Source: SAR202 cluster bacterium (GTDB lineage Bacteria > Chloroflexota > Dehalococcoidia > Lucifugimonadales > UBA826). Taken from it: DNA of 64,000 bases. How positions within the stretch are numbered: position 1 is the stretch's first letter; each line of letters begins with the position of its first letter. Shown piece by piece: positions 48,550 to 57,751 of the stretch. The stretch lies in contig JAKUTY010000001.1 in assembly GCA_022447825.1 (NCBI GenBank), forward strand, positions 4,599-68,598, in the 5' to 3' direction. The notes under the pieces are model-generated. The model did not search any database. It was not told the DNA's origin and was given only the letters and a program-made list of their open reading frames with translations. Both the position numbers and the translations under genes were made by a program.

Positions 48550-49926
48550 TTGACGCACTCAGATTTTAATACAATAATTTTAGCTGCCGGTAACGGTACT
48601 CGAATGAACTCGTCAATCCCAAAAACATTACATGAAATCTGTGGTGCCTCCATGCTATCCCTAATACTTGCTTCATCATCAGAAGCAGGTTCTAAAAAAA
48701 ATTACGTAATAGTACCTGAAAACCATCAAGAGTTTTTAAGCCACACAACAACAAACTCAATTTTAGTAACTCAAAAAGAAGCAAATGGGACAGGAGATGC
48801 CGTATTAAAGGCAGAAAAACACATTAAAGAAAATTTACCATTGGTGGTAATCAATGGGGATACTCCATTAATAGAATCAGAAACATTAAAAAATTTAATC
48901 CAATCACACACAACATCCCACGCAACAATAACTATTACAACTTGTAACATCAATCAACCCGAAAATTTTGGAAGAATCATAAGAGATCAAAAAGGGAAAG
49001 TTCACAAAATTGTTGAAGAATCAAATCTAACAAAAAGTCAAAAATCTATTAACGAAATTAATTGTGGAATATATTGCTTTGATTTAAATTGGATTTGGAA
49101 TTCTTTAAAAAACATAAAAACCTCCTCAACGAATGAATTATTTCTAACAGACTTAATTGAAATGGCTTATAAGCAAAACAAAAAAGTTGAAAGTATTAGC
49201 CCACAAAAAGAATATGAGATTACTGGAGTCAATACTTTAATCGATTTATCAAAGGCAGAAAAACATCTAAGACAAAAAATCAACTACTCTCTAATGAGTA
49301 ATGGAGTTAAAATCACAGACCCAGACTCTACATATATAGACATCAATGTAACAATAGGGCAAGACACAATAATAAAACCAAATTCACATATATACGGCAA
49401 CTCCTCGATAGGAGAAAATTGCATAATCGGCCCAACAACACAAATTTATGCCTCAAAAATCGGTCATCATACAACCATAAACTCTTCTCTAGTAAAAGAT
49501 TCAACAATTAAAAATTATGTGGAAATAGGTCCCTCAAGTCATATTAGAGATAATTCGATAGTAGGCGACAATGCAAGAATAGGAACAAATGCTGAAATCA
49601 AAAATACCACAGTGGGATCCGGAACGAAATCTGGCCATTTCTGTTATTTAGGCGATTCAAAAATAGGCCAAAACGTAAATATAGGAGCAGGAACTATTAC
49701 CTGTAATTTTGACGGACAAAATAAGCATGAAACAATTATAGGAGACGATACATTTATCGGATCTGACTCATTATTGATTGCGCCTATTAATATTGGTAAA
49801 AAAGTAATAACTGGTGCTGGGTCTGTAGTTAACAAAGACATACCAGACAATTCAAAAGCAATCGGATTTCCAGTAAAAATATTAAAATCAGAATTTAAAA
49901 ATGGGAGTAAATTTGGAAACAGTTAA
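48550..49926 (+). CDS. glmU: Bifunctional GlcNAc-1-P uridyltransferase / GlcN-1-P acetyltransferase
   Basis: N-terminal LAAGNGTRM nucleotidyltransferase motif plus a C-terminal hexapeptide-repeat LbH domain. Confidence 0.9.
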   Translation: MTHSDFNTIILAAGNGTRMNSSIPKTLHEICGASMLSLILASSSEAGSKKNYVIVPENHQEFLSHTTTNSILVTQKEANGTGDAVLKAEKHIKENLPLVVINGDTPLIESETLKNLIQSHTTSHATITITTCNINQPENFGRIIRDQKGKVHKIVEESNLTKSQKSINEINCGIYCFDLNWIWNSLKNIKTSSTNELFLTDLIEMAYKQNKKVESISPQKEYEITGVNTLIDLSKAEKHLRQKINYSLMSNGVKITDPDSTYIDINVTIGQDTIIKPNSHIYGNSSIGENCIIGPTTQIYASKIGHHTTINSSLVKDSTIKNYVEIGPSSHIRDNSIVGDNARIGTNAEIKNTTVGSGTKSGHFCYLGDSKIGQNVNIGAGTITCNFDGQNKHETIIGDDTFIGSDSLLIAPINIGKKVITGAGSVVNKDIPDNSKAIGFPVKILKSEFKNGSKFGNS

Positions 49927-51142
49927 TATTGTGTGGGGATTATTATCTTTCACAATCTATATAATATTACGCCTATTACAACTAGAGTTAAACAAAGTAA
50001 ATATAGAGTTTTTATATCAATGGAAGAACCAAAATCTTGCAAAAGAAGAAGTTGTGGAAAATATTTTCAAAAAACAAGAACTATACAAAAATTCAATCTC
50101 AGTTTTCTCAATAGTATTTCTAGTAATATTTCTGATAGAACTTCAATATATTTTCTTATATAACTTCGAATACAGCCTTACTAATTCAATTTATTTAATA
50201 TTATTTACTATATTAACTCTTGGAACATCTCAATTCATTTTGTTATACGCAGCGCCCAAATTTGGAATGAAATCAATTTTAAAAACTCAATATTTAATCC
50301 GATCTATTGGACTGATATACATGCCAATAGATCGGATATTTTCCAAAATAACCTCTAACAATGAAAACAAAACAGACGAATCTAATTCAAATACTGAATC
50401 ATTAAGCATCCAACTAGATGATCAAGGCGAACTACTTGAGGAACATGAAGTCAGAATGATCAAAGGTGTATTTGAATTAGACAAAAAGGTGGTTCGAGAA
50501 ATCATGATACCTAGAGTAGACATGACTTCAGCAGAAATTAATACTCCAATTTCTGAAATTGCTGACAACATGCTTAGTACAGGACACAGTAAAATTCCAG
50601 TCTATTCTGAAGAACTAGATAAAATTAAAGGAATCATTCATTCTATGGATATTTTGCAATCAATTTCTGATATGCAAAACTTAAACAGTGAAATACTAAA
50701 AAACAAAATTCGACCTGTAATATTTGTTCCAGAGTCTAAGACTCTTGAAGATTTGTTAACTGAATTTCAAGAAAAAAGAATGCAAATGGCTATAGTTGTA
50801 GATGAATATGGCGGAGTATCTGGATTAGTTACAGTAGAAGATGTAGTAGAAGAAATAGTGGGAGAATTACATGATGAATTTGATACTGGAGAAGCACAAG
50901 TAACACAGATCAACACAAATGAATTTAGAGTAGACGCAAGAACTCCAACCGATGAATTATCGGAACAATTAGGAATTGACTTCACAGGAATAGGATATGA
51001 CACGATAGGAGGATTTGTTCTTAATGAATTAGGTAAAATCCCTAGTCCTGGTGATTCCTTCAATTATAATGAAACAAAAATTGAAGTATTATCTACTATT
51101 GGTAGAAGATTAAAACATATTAAAATCCACTTACAAAAATAA
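49901..51142 (+). CDS. CNNM/DUF21-CBS-CorC_HlyC family protein (putative Mg2+/Co2+ efflux, hemolysin-family)
   Basis: N-terminal TM domain, a CBS pair (REIMIPRVDM... ) and a C-terminal CorC_HlyC-like domain. Confidence 0.85.
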   Translation: MGVNLETVNIVWGLLSFTIYIILRLLQLELNKVNIEFLYQWKNQNLAKEEVVENIFKKQELYKNSISVFSIVFLVIFLIELQYIFLYNFEYSLTNSIYLILFTILTLGTSQFILLYAAPKFGMKSILKTQYLIRSIGLIYMPIDRIFSKITSNNENKTDESNSNTESLSIQLDDQGELLEEHEVRMIKGVFELDKKVVREIMIPRVDMTSAEINTPISEIADNMLSTGHSKIPVYSEELDKIKGIIHSMDILQSISDMQNLNSEILKNKIRPVIFVPESKTLEDLLTEFQEKRMQMAIVVDEYGGVSGLVTVEDVVEEIVGELHDEFDTGEAQVTQINTNEFRVDARTPTDELSEQLGIDFTGIGYDTIGGFVLNELGKIPSPGDSFNYNETKIEVLSTIGRRLKHIKIHLQK

Positions 51143-51164
51143 TTATTTATAAACAGGAATTGAA

Positions 51165-51431
51165 ATGGAAATATATTGGGAATTCACAAAAAAGGGTCAA
51201 AAATTAAACTTAAAAAATGAAGACCAACTAGAAATGATTGGTGGGGTTAGAGAAACCAAATCAGGTTATGATGCATTTGCAAAAACATTCAGCATGACAC
51301 CGGAGAGGGCTCAAAAGGGATTTCCTTCTATGGATATAGCAAAAGAATTTGTAGAATCATTCAAACCATGGGAACTTTATACAGGACCAATAGAAATAAC
51401 AATAGACCCTGAAGTAAGAAACCCCCTGTAA
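51165..51431 (+). CDS. Hypothetical 88-aa protein
   Basis: The ORF is followed by a strong terminator. No recognisable motif. Confidence 0.45.
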   Translation: MEIYWEFTKKGQKLNLKNEDQLEMIGGVRETKSGYDAFAKTFSMTPERAQKGFPSMDIAKEFVESFKPWELYTGPIEITIDPEVRNPL

Positions 51432-51444
51432 AATAAAAACAAAA

Positions 51445-51479
51445 AGAAGACCTGTTAAAACAGGTCTTCTTTAGTTTTT
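51445..51479. terminator. Bidirectional rho-independent terminator
   Basis: AGAAGACCTG-TTAAAA-CAGGTCTTCT forms a perfect 10-bp stem. It is flanked by an A-run upstream and TTAGTTTTT downstream, and lies between convergent genes. Confidence 0.7.
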
Positions 51480-51498
51480 CAATAAATAGTTTTACTAA

Positions 51499-52011
51499 CT
51501 ATTTTGAGCCTACTAATAGCGGAGCAGTTGCGTGCGTTCCACCATCACCAATTGCGTGAAGAGTATAAATACCATCAGCAAGTGATACCCCAACAGCAAC
51601 ATGGAAAGCACCATGAGCATTAGCTTCAGCTCCACCTAGGACAGTATCTGTTCCGCTTACATTGGCAACAATACTAACCATTTCACCTTCATCAAATCCA
51701 GCACCATAAACATCAGAAGAAGATCCTGATGAAGTTGAGTTGGCAGCCAAACTAGCAGTACTGCCACTAGCGTCACCAGCAGGTCCTTGAGCTCCTGGGT
51801 TACCTGGGTTACCTGGTAAACCTGCTTCTCCAGGTAGTCCTGGAAGACCTGGCTCACCTTGAGGTCCTTGCAATCCTGGCTCTCCGGGTAATCATGGCAG
51901 ACCTGGCTCACCGGCAGGCCCTTGAGGCCCCTCACAAGCTATCATTGCAAACATAGCTACTGAGAAAACCATCGCAGTTGTAATAACTCTTAAGTTTACT
52001 AACTTTTTCAA
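51499..52011 (-). CDS. Collagen-like (Gly-X-Y) repeat lipoprotein with one Ig-like module, interrupted by an in-frame TGA at 51892-51894 (possible pseudogene, sequencing error or recoding)
   Basis: TTG 52011 follows GGGGGA. The signal peptide KKLVNLRVITTAMVFSVAMFAMIAC has a lipobox-like Cys. It is followed by GPQ GPA GEP GLP [TGA] LP GEP GLQ ... The ORF-track piece 51499..51873 is the in-frame continuation. Confidence 0.55.
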
Positions 52012-52190
52012 TTTATCCCCCTCTATATAGAAGACTTGATTTATCCAAACATACAAGTACATACACAAGGTATGTACAAATTAGTTCATGGTAATCATAT
52101 TGACCCTTAGTTAAGTAGTCAACATATAAATCTATTAAATAGTCCTTATTTAGACACCATTTATATCACATAATGTTAATAAGTTTAAAT

Positions 52191-52222
52191 AATAACAAAT
52201 ATTTGATTAAATATTTGTTATT
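52191..52222 (-). terminator. Perfect 14-bp AT-rich inverted repeat overlapping the stop codon of the 344-aa lipoprotein gene
   Basis: AATAACAAATATTT-GATT-AAATATTTGTTATT. It is almost all A/T, so its stability and function are uncertain. Confidence 0.35.
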
Positions 52223-53252
52223 TTGAAGCTATTAAAAGAGGGGCTGTAGCAAATGATCCTAAATTACCTTCAGCTTGAATTGTATACAAACCTTCTTCTA
52301 AATCAATTACCACTGAACTCAAAAATGCTCCCGAGGAATTTGTTTCATTTCCAGCTACAATTCTGTTAGTACCCTCTTCAGCTTCTAAAATTACCACTGA
52401 AACTATTTCTCCTATTAAGAATCCAGACCCATAGATGTCAGAGACTTCTCCTGCAGAAACAGAAGTTGCAACAATAGTTGCACCCTTAGGAATATCAGAG
52501 GTATCAACTAAAAATGATGACGTTGCCAATGTCCCTTCTAAGCCATCTGCTCGAATGAGATAATGTCCTTGTGGCAGTTTAGTATCGATCTTTAATTCAA
52601 ACAAACCGGATGAATTAGCACTTACTTCTATGAGTTTTTTATCCTCAATTTCATCATTATCAACATATAAGATTACTGACTCTTTTGATTTAAATCCAGA
52701 ACCCATAACATGTATTTTAGATCCATAGTTATTCGAATCTACAGAAAGACTGGCACCTAAATTAGAATTAAAAAGTGATTTTGAATTATTTAAGATTTGC
52801 AAAGGAAAACTTGCTTTGGTACCTGAGGATCCTGTTGCTATCATAGAAACCATCCCGTTAACAGTAGAATTTAATGACGCATCATCTGAAATAAATTGAA
52901 TATTATGTACAAATGCTCCTGAATCCAACACTCTCAATTTAGAAGTTTCAACAGGAATCAAATCTGAACCTTGAAGTTTCAGGCTAAAAGACACAGTCTC
53001 CCCAGGAATAAAACCTGACCCAAACAAAACTAATGGCTCATCAATTTTTGCAGACAATTTATTTACCATAAATGTAGATTGAGGAGAAACAGCGTCTTTT
53101 CCGGAAGGACCTGGAGGACCTTGTAATCCAGGAGCCCCCGATGGTCCAGGATTACCTGGAATGCCTTGTGTTACTAGTTGATCGGCTGATGAACAAGCAA
53201 ATACCAAAACAGATAGTAAAACAGTTAATGAAAATAATAAGGAACTTTTCAT
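52218..53252 (-). CDS. Collagen-like repeat lipoprotein with three Ig-like modules
   Basis: Signal peptide with VFAC lipobox, then 8 Gly-X-Y triplets (GIPGNPGPSGAPGLQGPPGPSGKD). Three ~90-100-aa modules follow, each with GSGF..GE.V and a ..G.Y.I.A.G...A motif. The C-terminus ATAPLLIASK is shared with the upstream paralog. Confidence 0.7.
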   Translation of the reverse strand: MKSSLLFSLTVLLSVLVFACSSADQLVTQGIPGNPGPSGAPGLQGPPGPSGKDAVSPQSTFMVNKLSAKIDEPLVLFGSGFIPGETVSFSLKLQGSDLIPVETSKLRVLDSGAFVHNIQFISDDASLNSTVNGMVSMIATGSSGTKASFPLQILNNSKSLFNSNLGASLSVDSNNYGSKIHVMGSGFKSKESVILYVDNDEIEDKKLIEVSANSSGLFELKIDTKLPQGHYLIRADGLEGTLATSSFLVDTSDIPKGATIVATSVSAGEVSDIYGSGFLIGEIVSVVILEAEEGTNRIVAGNETNSSGAFLSSVVIDLEEGLYTIQAEGNLGSFATAPLLIASK

Positions 53253-53354
53253 TTTTATCCTTTCCCTATTTAAAATTAATGTTTAATAACGAGTGTAGTC
53301 TAAAGAATCAATGCTTACAATGAAAATCAGCACTGCTCATTTAAGAATTTATTT

Positions 53355-54215
53355 TTATATAAACGATTTCAAACTTAATAGACCCAACTCATCACATATC
53401 TGAACAAAATCTTCAGTATTAACTCCTGACCACGATAAATCTGAGATATTTTCATTAATGATTACATCAGTTTTAATAGTTGCTAATTGCTTGTACAAAT
53501 AGGCCATTTGTCTACTTTCTTCTAAATTCCTACTCAATGTTTCTGCTCCCCGAACTTTCACATCCCACAAAGCATAATTATTTGGAATATTTTCAATTTT
53601 TAAATACCTAGACAGTAAAGTCGATGCAGATTTTGATCCCCATTTTAAAATTCCGGGAATGCCATCAGCTGCATCTCCCATCAAACCTAAATAATCAGGG
53701 ATAGAAGATGGTAATACTCCAAATTTATTTTCAACTTCTTTTTCGTTATAAATTTTTCTATTTTTGCGATCTAGGCATACAATTTTTTCTCCCGAAACCA
53801 TTTGACAAAGATCTTTGTCTACAGAGCAAATAACAACTTGGTCAACCTCATCTAATTGTGAAAATTTAATTGCTGCAGAACCTAAGGCATCATCTGCCTC
53901 ATAATCCAAAGAAGGCCATACTTTAATTCCAAGTGATTCAACTACTCTCTCTGCTAAAGGAAATTGCATCAATAATTCATCAGGAGTATCAGATCCATCT
54001 TTGTAATTTGAAAACATTTCATTTCTAAATGATTTGATAGAGCTATCAAATGCTACTGCTATGTGTGTAACCTCTTCATCTTTAATGAGAGACATTAAAG
54101 ATATGATTAACCCTCTAATAGCAGAAACGTGCATCCCATCAGGTGCCAATCTTGTTGGTTGAGAGAAATGTGCTCTGAATAATTCGTAAGTCCCATCTAC
54201 TATATATAATTTCAT
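53355..54215 (-). CDS. Stand-alone 5'-3' exonuclease / flap endonuclease (Pol I N-terminal-domain-like)
   Basis: Has MKLYIVDGTYELFRAHF, acidic metal-site residues and an H3TH segment (GDAADGIPG). Confidence 0.85.
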   Translation of the reverse strand: MKLYIVDGTYELFRAHFSQPTRLAPDGMHVSAIRGLIISLMSLIKDEEVTHIAVAFDSSIKSFRNEMFSNYKDGSDTPDELLMQFPLAERVVESLGIKVWPSLDYEADDALGSAAIKFSQLDEVDQVVICSVDKDLCQMVSGEKIVCLDRKNRKIYNEKEVENKFGVLPSSIPDYLGLMGDAADGIPGILKWGSKSASTLLSRYLKIENIPNNYALWDVKVRGAETLSRNLEESRQMAYLYKQLATIKTDVIINENISDLSWSGVNTEDFVQICDELGLLSLKSFI

Positions 54216-55141
54216 TATCTTGTTCTCGGATTAAAGACATCATTCAAGGAATCTCCAAACAAGTTCCAAGTTAAAACTAATGTCCATGCTACAATCCCTG
54301 GAGTTACAAGCATCCAAGGAACAGACCTGATAGCACTGATACTTCCACCTTCAAGAAGCATATTGCCTAAACTTGGCCTAGGAGGCTGAATTCCCAACCC
54401 TACCCAACTAAGAATAATTTCTGTACCTATTAAAGATCCCATACCCATAGACACAGTAATTATAATGGGACTTAAAGCATTGGGTAATAAATGAATAAAC
54501 AAAATTCTAGATGTAGATGACCCCATTGCTTTAGCAGATTCTATATATTCATTTTCCTTCAATGATAAAACCTGGCCACGAACTAATCGCGCCATCCCAA
54601 CCCAACTAAATGAAACCAAAGCAAGTGAAATTACCAAATAATCCGCTGTTCCACTTTTAACCAAACCCTCGATCAAAGTGTTATCTTCAATCCATCTAAC
54701 AAATTCTAAAATCCTAGGTCTCAAGGTTGCAGCTAATAAAATGACCAATAATATATCTGGAAAACATGCAAACAATTCTCCTAATCGCATGATGAACGAA
54801 TCAATTTTCCCTCCAAAATAACCCGCTATTAAACCCAAAGAAACTCCAATTAATAATGAGCCAGAAAGTATAGTGACGAAAGTAATAATCACAGTATTTT
54901 GAATACCCCACAAAACTCTTGAAAAAACATCTCTACCTTTAAAATCTGTTCCTGCAATGTGTTCCCAACTTGGAGGTTCTCTGATAGCAGAATAATCTTG
55001 ATAGTTATAATCGTATGGAGCAATTAGAGGAGCAAAAATTCCTAGGAAATAAATCGTAACAATTAAAATTAAACATAAAATAGCTACTTTTTTCTTAAAT
55101 AATCTAGAAAATGATCTACTAAGATGATTTACAGATTTCAT
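54215..55141 (-). CDS. Peptide/nickel ABC transporter permease (OppC/DppC type)
   Basis: BPD_transp_1 EAA-like loop (ESAKAMGSSTSRILFIHLLPN) with an OppC-type N-terminal anchor. Confidence 0.9.
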   Translation of the reverse strand: MKSVNHLSRSFSRLFKKKVAILCLILIVTIYFLGIFAPLIAPYDYNYQDYSAIREPPSWEHIAGTDFKGRDVFSRVLWGIQNTVIITFVTILSGSLLIGVSLGLIAGYFGGKIDSFIMRLGELFACFPDILLVILLAATLRPRILEFVRWIEDNTLIEGLVKSGTADYLVISLALVSFSWVGMARLVRGQVLSLKENEYIESAKAMGSSTSRILFIHLLPNALSPIIITVSMGMGSLIGTEIILSWVGLGIQPPRPSLGNMLLEGGSISAIRSVPWMLVTPGIVAWTLVLTWNLFGDSLNDVFNPRTR

Positions 55142-55143
55142 AC

Positions 55144-56073
55144 TTAATTTAACCTTATTCTGGGGTCTAAAATAGTGTACAAAATGTCAGCAACTAATTG
55201 CGCTATTACAAATACAGTGGACAAAATTATAGTAAATCCCATAATTACAGGATAATCACGATTAAAAATTGATTGGATTGCAAAATCTCCTACACCAGGA
55301 ATCCCTAATAGTCTTTCAGTAATAAAACTTGTAGTAAGAATTCCAGCAAAAGACATAGCCAAAATTGTGACAATCGGAATCAATGCATTTCTAGCTACAT
55401 GCCTGAAGTCAACTGTCCACGGCTTCAATCCTTTTGAATGGGCTGTTCTAATAAAATCTTGTCCTAATACATCGAGGGTACTTGCTCTCATTAATCTCAC
55501 AAAACCTGCTACACCCGGTAATCCCATAGTAATGGCGGGGACAATAATCCTCAAATCAAAAATACCTCCCCATCCGGAACATGGAACCAAACTAGCTTTC
55601 AAACACATAGCCCACAGTACTACGGGAATACTGACCATTACCGGAACAGACATCAAAACTAATGATGTAGTTACTACAAATGGATCTACCCAAGTCCCTT
55701 GCCGATGAGCAACCCAAAAACCAAGGGGAATTCCGATAATTAGACTAACTGAAATTGCTACAATATTTACTTGAAACGAAACCCACATTTTAGAAATCAA
55801 CAGTGAGCTTACAGATCTACCTCTGAATCTGAGACTTTCACCAAAATCACCTTGAGAAATATTGATTACATAATCAAAATATTGAACAACAAGCGGCCTA
55901 TTTAAACCTAAATTCTCTCTTAATCTCTCAGCAACATCAGGATCATATCTAGAGCCCATCATTACTTGTACAGGATCACCAGGACCATAAGTTCCAAGCA
56001 AAAACGTTACAGCAGTGACCATCAATAATAATACAGGCAGCCACATCAATCTTCTTATAACAAAAGTTAACAT
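55144..56073 (-). CDS. Peptide/nickel ABC transporter permease (OppB/DppB type)
   Basis: Start MLTFVIRRL and motif DFIRTAHSKGLKPWTVDFRHVARNAL. Confidence 0.9.
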   Translation of the reverse strand: MLTFVIRRLMWLPVLLLMVTAVTFLLGTYGPGDPVQVMMGSRYDPDVAERLRENLGLNRPLVVQYFDYVINISQGDFGESLRFRGRSVSSLLISKMWVSFQVNIVAISVSLIIGIPLGFWVAHRQGTWVDPFVVTTSLVLMSVPVMVSIPVVLWAMCLKASLVPCSGWGGIFDLRIIVPAITMGLPGVAGFVRLMRASTLDVLGQDFIRTAHSKGLKPWTVDFRHVARNALIPIVTILAMSFAGILTTSFITERLLGIPGVGDFAIQSIFNRDYPVIMGFTIILSTVFVIAQLVADILYTILDPRIRLN

Positions 56074-56094
56074 CTATAAACCTATTCGATAAAT

Positions 56095-57741
56095 CTATTT
56101 ATCAAAATAAACATACCTCATTTTGGGAACGGTCATAGGAGTCAAAAAATAATTTTTAACTTCAGGCTTGATCAATAAATGCCTTTCACCCGGATACCAC
56201 ATTGGAATCCATGCGGCCTCATTAGTAATAATCTTTTCAGCCTGATGATATAAATCAATTCGAGTAGGTATATCCGTTGCTATACGAGCTTTTTCTAAAA
56301 TTTCATCCAATTCTAAATTAGAATACCCTAGTTGATTGTTTTCACTCTCTGAATGAAACAAAATATCAAGAAAATCCTGAGGGTCTGGATAATCAGCTTG
56401 CCAACCAATTCCAGCAAACATTTGAAATTTTTGCTGATCTAAATCACTTAAAAATGTGGCCCATTCAAGTTGTTGGATTTCTATTTCTACACCTAAATTT
56501 TCTTTCCAAATATTCATGCTCACTTCTAAATCTGTATCAATTTGTCCTCCCGACCCTGGAATAGTTACAGTGATACGTGGTCTAGAAGATGCGTCAGCAT
56601 AAATGGATTGATTTAATAAACTCTTTGCTTTTTCAATATCGTAATCCAAACCTTCTAGGCTTGGATTGTATCCAGGAAAACCCGGTGGTAATACTCCATA
56701 AGCTGGAACTACCAAATCTGAATAAATCTCTCTAGCTATCATTTTTTTATCAATAGCGTGAGTAAGTGCTTGTCTAAATTTGACATCATCAAACGGAGGC
56801 AGTGAAGAATTAAATCCAATATAACTTATTGAAAAATCAGGATTACCAATAACCAAATCTGAATGTAATGGATCCATTGGATCTTTAATTCTTTCTAAAT
56901 CCAACATAGAAATTCCAGTAATGTCTATTTCATCATTCTCATACATTGCCATAGAGGAACCACCAGCCAAATTATACTGAATCTTTTGTAGCTTTGAGGG
57001 TTCTAAATGATATTTAGCATGACGATTCAAAATAATCCTTTCTCCGATTTTGTACTCACCAAGAATAAAGGGGCCAGTTCCATTGGGAGAATCCGTCCAA
57101 GTTTTTCCACCGGATTCAACGTTAAATTTATCCAAAACATAAGCAGTAGGATAAGTAAGTTTTGCTAAAAAATAAGCTTTTGGCGAGTCAATTGAAATTT
57201 GTAATGTCAACTCGTCAATTATTTTTATTCCCTTAATATCAATTGACTCACCATTGATCACCTCTTCAACACCAATTATGTCTCCCAAATAGGTTTCTGC
57301 AACTGTTGAAGCGGTTTCCGGATTAGCAGCTCGCTGAAAAGACCATTTAAAATCATCTGATGTAACTTTTTTCCCATCATGAAAAACTGCATTATCTCGA
57401 ATTTTAAATGTGTAAACAGTGCCATCATCAGAGATTTCCCAACTTTCTGCTAAATCTGGAATCAAATTCAAATCTGGATCAAATGCAACTAATCCACCAA
57501 AAATCTCTACAATAATTCCAGAAGATGTTGTATCTCCAGCCAAATGAGGATCTAAAGTCGGTGGGTCATTCCATAATCTATTAAATGTACCTCCTGCAGG
57601 CAAAACAGGAGATTCTTGAGAATTGGTAATTTGCAATTTTTGATTATCTTGAGAATTGTCTATTTCCGAAGAAACTTCAGAACCACAAGAAAACGCTGTT
57701 AATAACAAAACAAATAAACTACTAAAAATATACCCTTTCAT
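56095..57741 (-). CDS. ABC transporter substrate-binding lipoprotein, family 5 (peptide type)
   Basis: ATG 57741 follows GAGAGGA. Lipobox AFSC. SBP_bac_5 segments are present (LDPH, WNDPPTLDPH). Confidence 0.85.
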   Translation of the reverse strand: MKGYIFSSLFVLLLTAFSCGSEVSSEIDNSQDNQKLQITNSQESPVLPAGGTFNRLWNDPPTLDPHLAGDTTSSGIIVEIFGGLVAFDPDLNLIPDLAESWEISDDGTVYTFKIRDNAVFHDGKKVTSDDFKWSFQRAANPETASTVAETYLGDIIGVEEVINGESIDIKGIKIIDELTLQISIDSPKAYFLAKLTYPTAYVLDKFNVESGGKTWTDSPNGTGPFILGEYKIGERIILNRHAKYHLEPSKLQKIQYNLAGGSSMAMYENDEIDITGISMLDLERIKDPMDPLHSDLVIGNPDFSISYIGFNSSLPPFDDVKFRQALTHAIDKKMIAREIYSDLVVPAYGVLPPGFPGYNPSLEGLDYDIEKAKSLLNQSIYADASSRPRITVTIPGSGGQIDTDLEVSMNIWKENLGVEIEIQQLEWATFLSDLDQQKFQMFAGIGWQADYPDPQDFLDILFHSESENNQLGYSNLELDEILEKARIATDIPTRIDLYHQAEKIITNEAAWIPMWYPGERHLLIKPEVKNYFLTPMTVPKMRYVYFDK

Positions 57742-57751
57742 TATTCCTCTC

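Noticed and set aside
51657-51935. 92-aa ORF (MRGLKGLPVSQVCHDY...) overlapping the collagen-like gene in another frame
   Set aside because: It is an alternative-frame reading of the Gly-X-Y repeat DNA. Repetitive GC-rich triplets keep shifted frames open. It has no start context, and the Gly-X-Y frame connects to a signal peptide upstream and an Ig-like module downstream.
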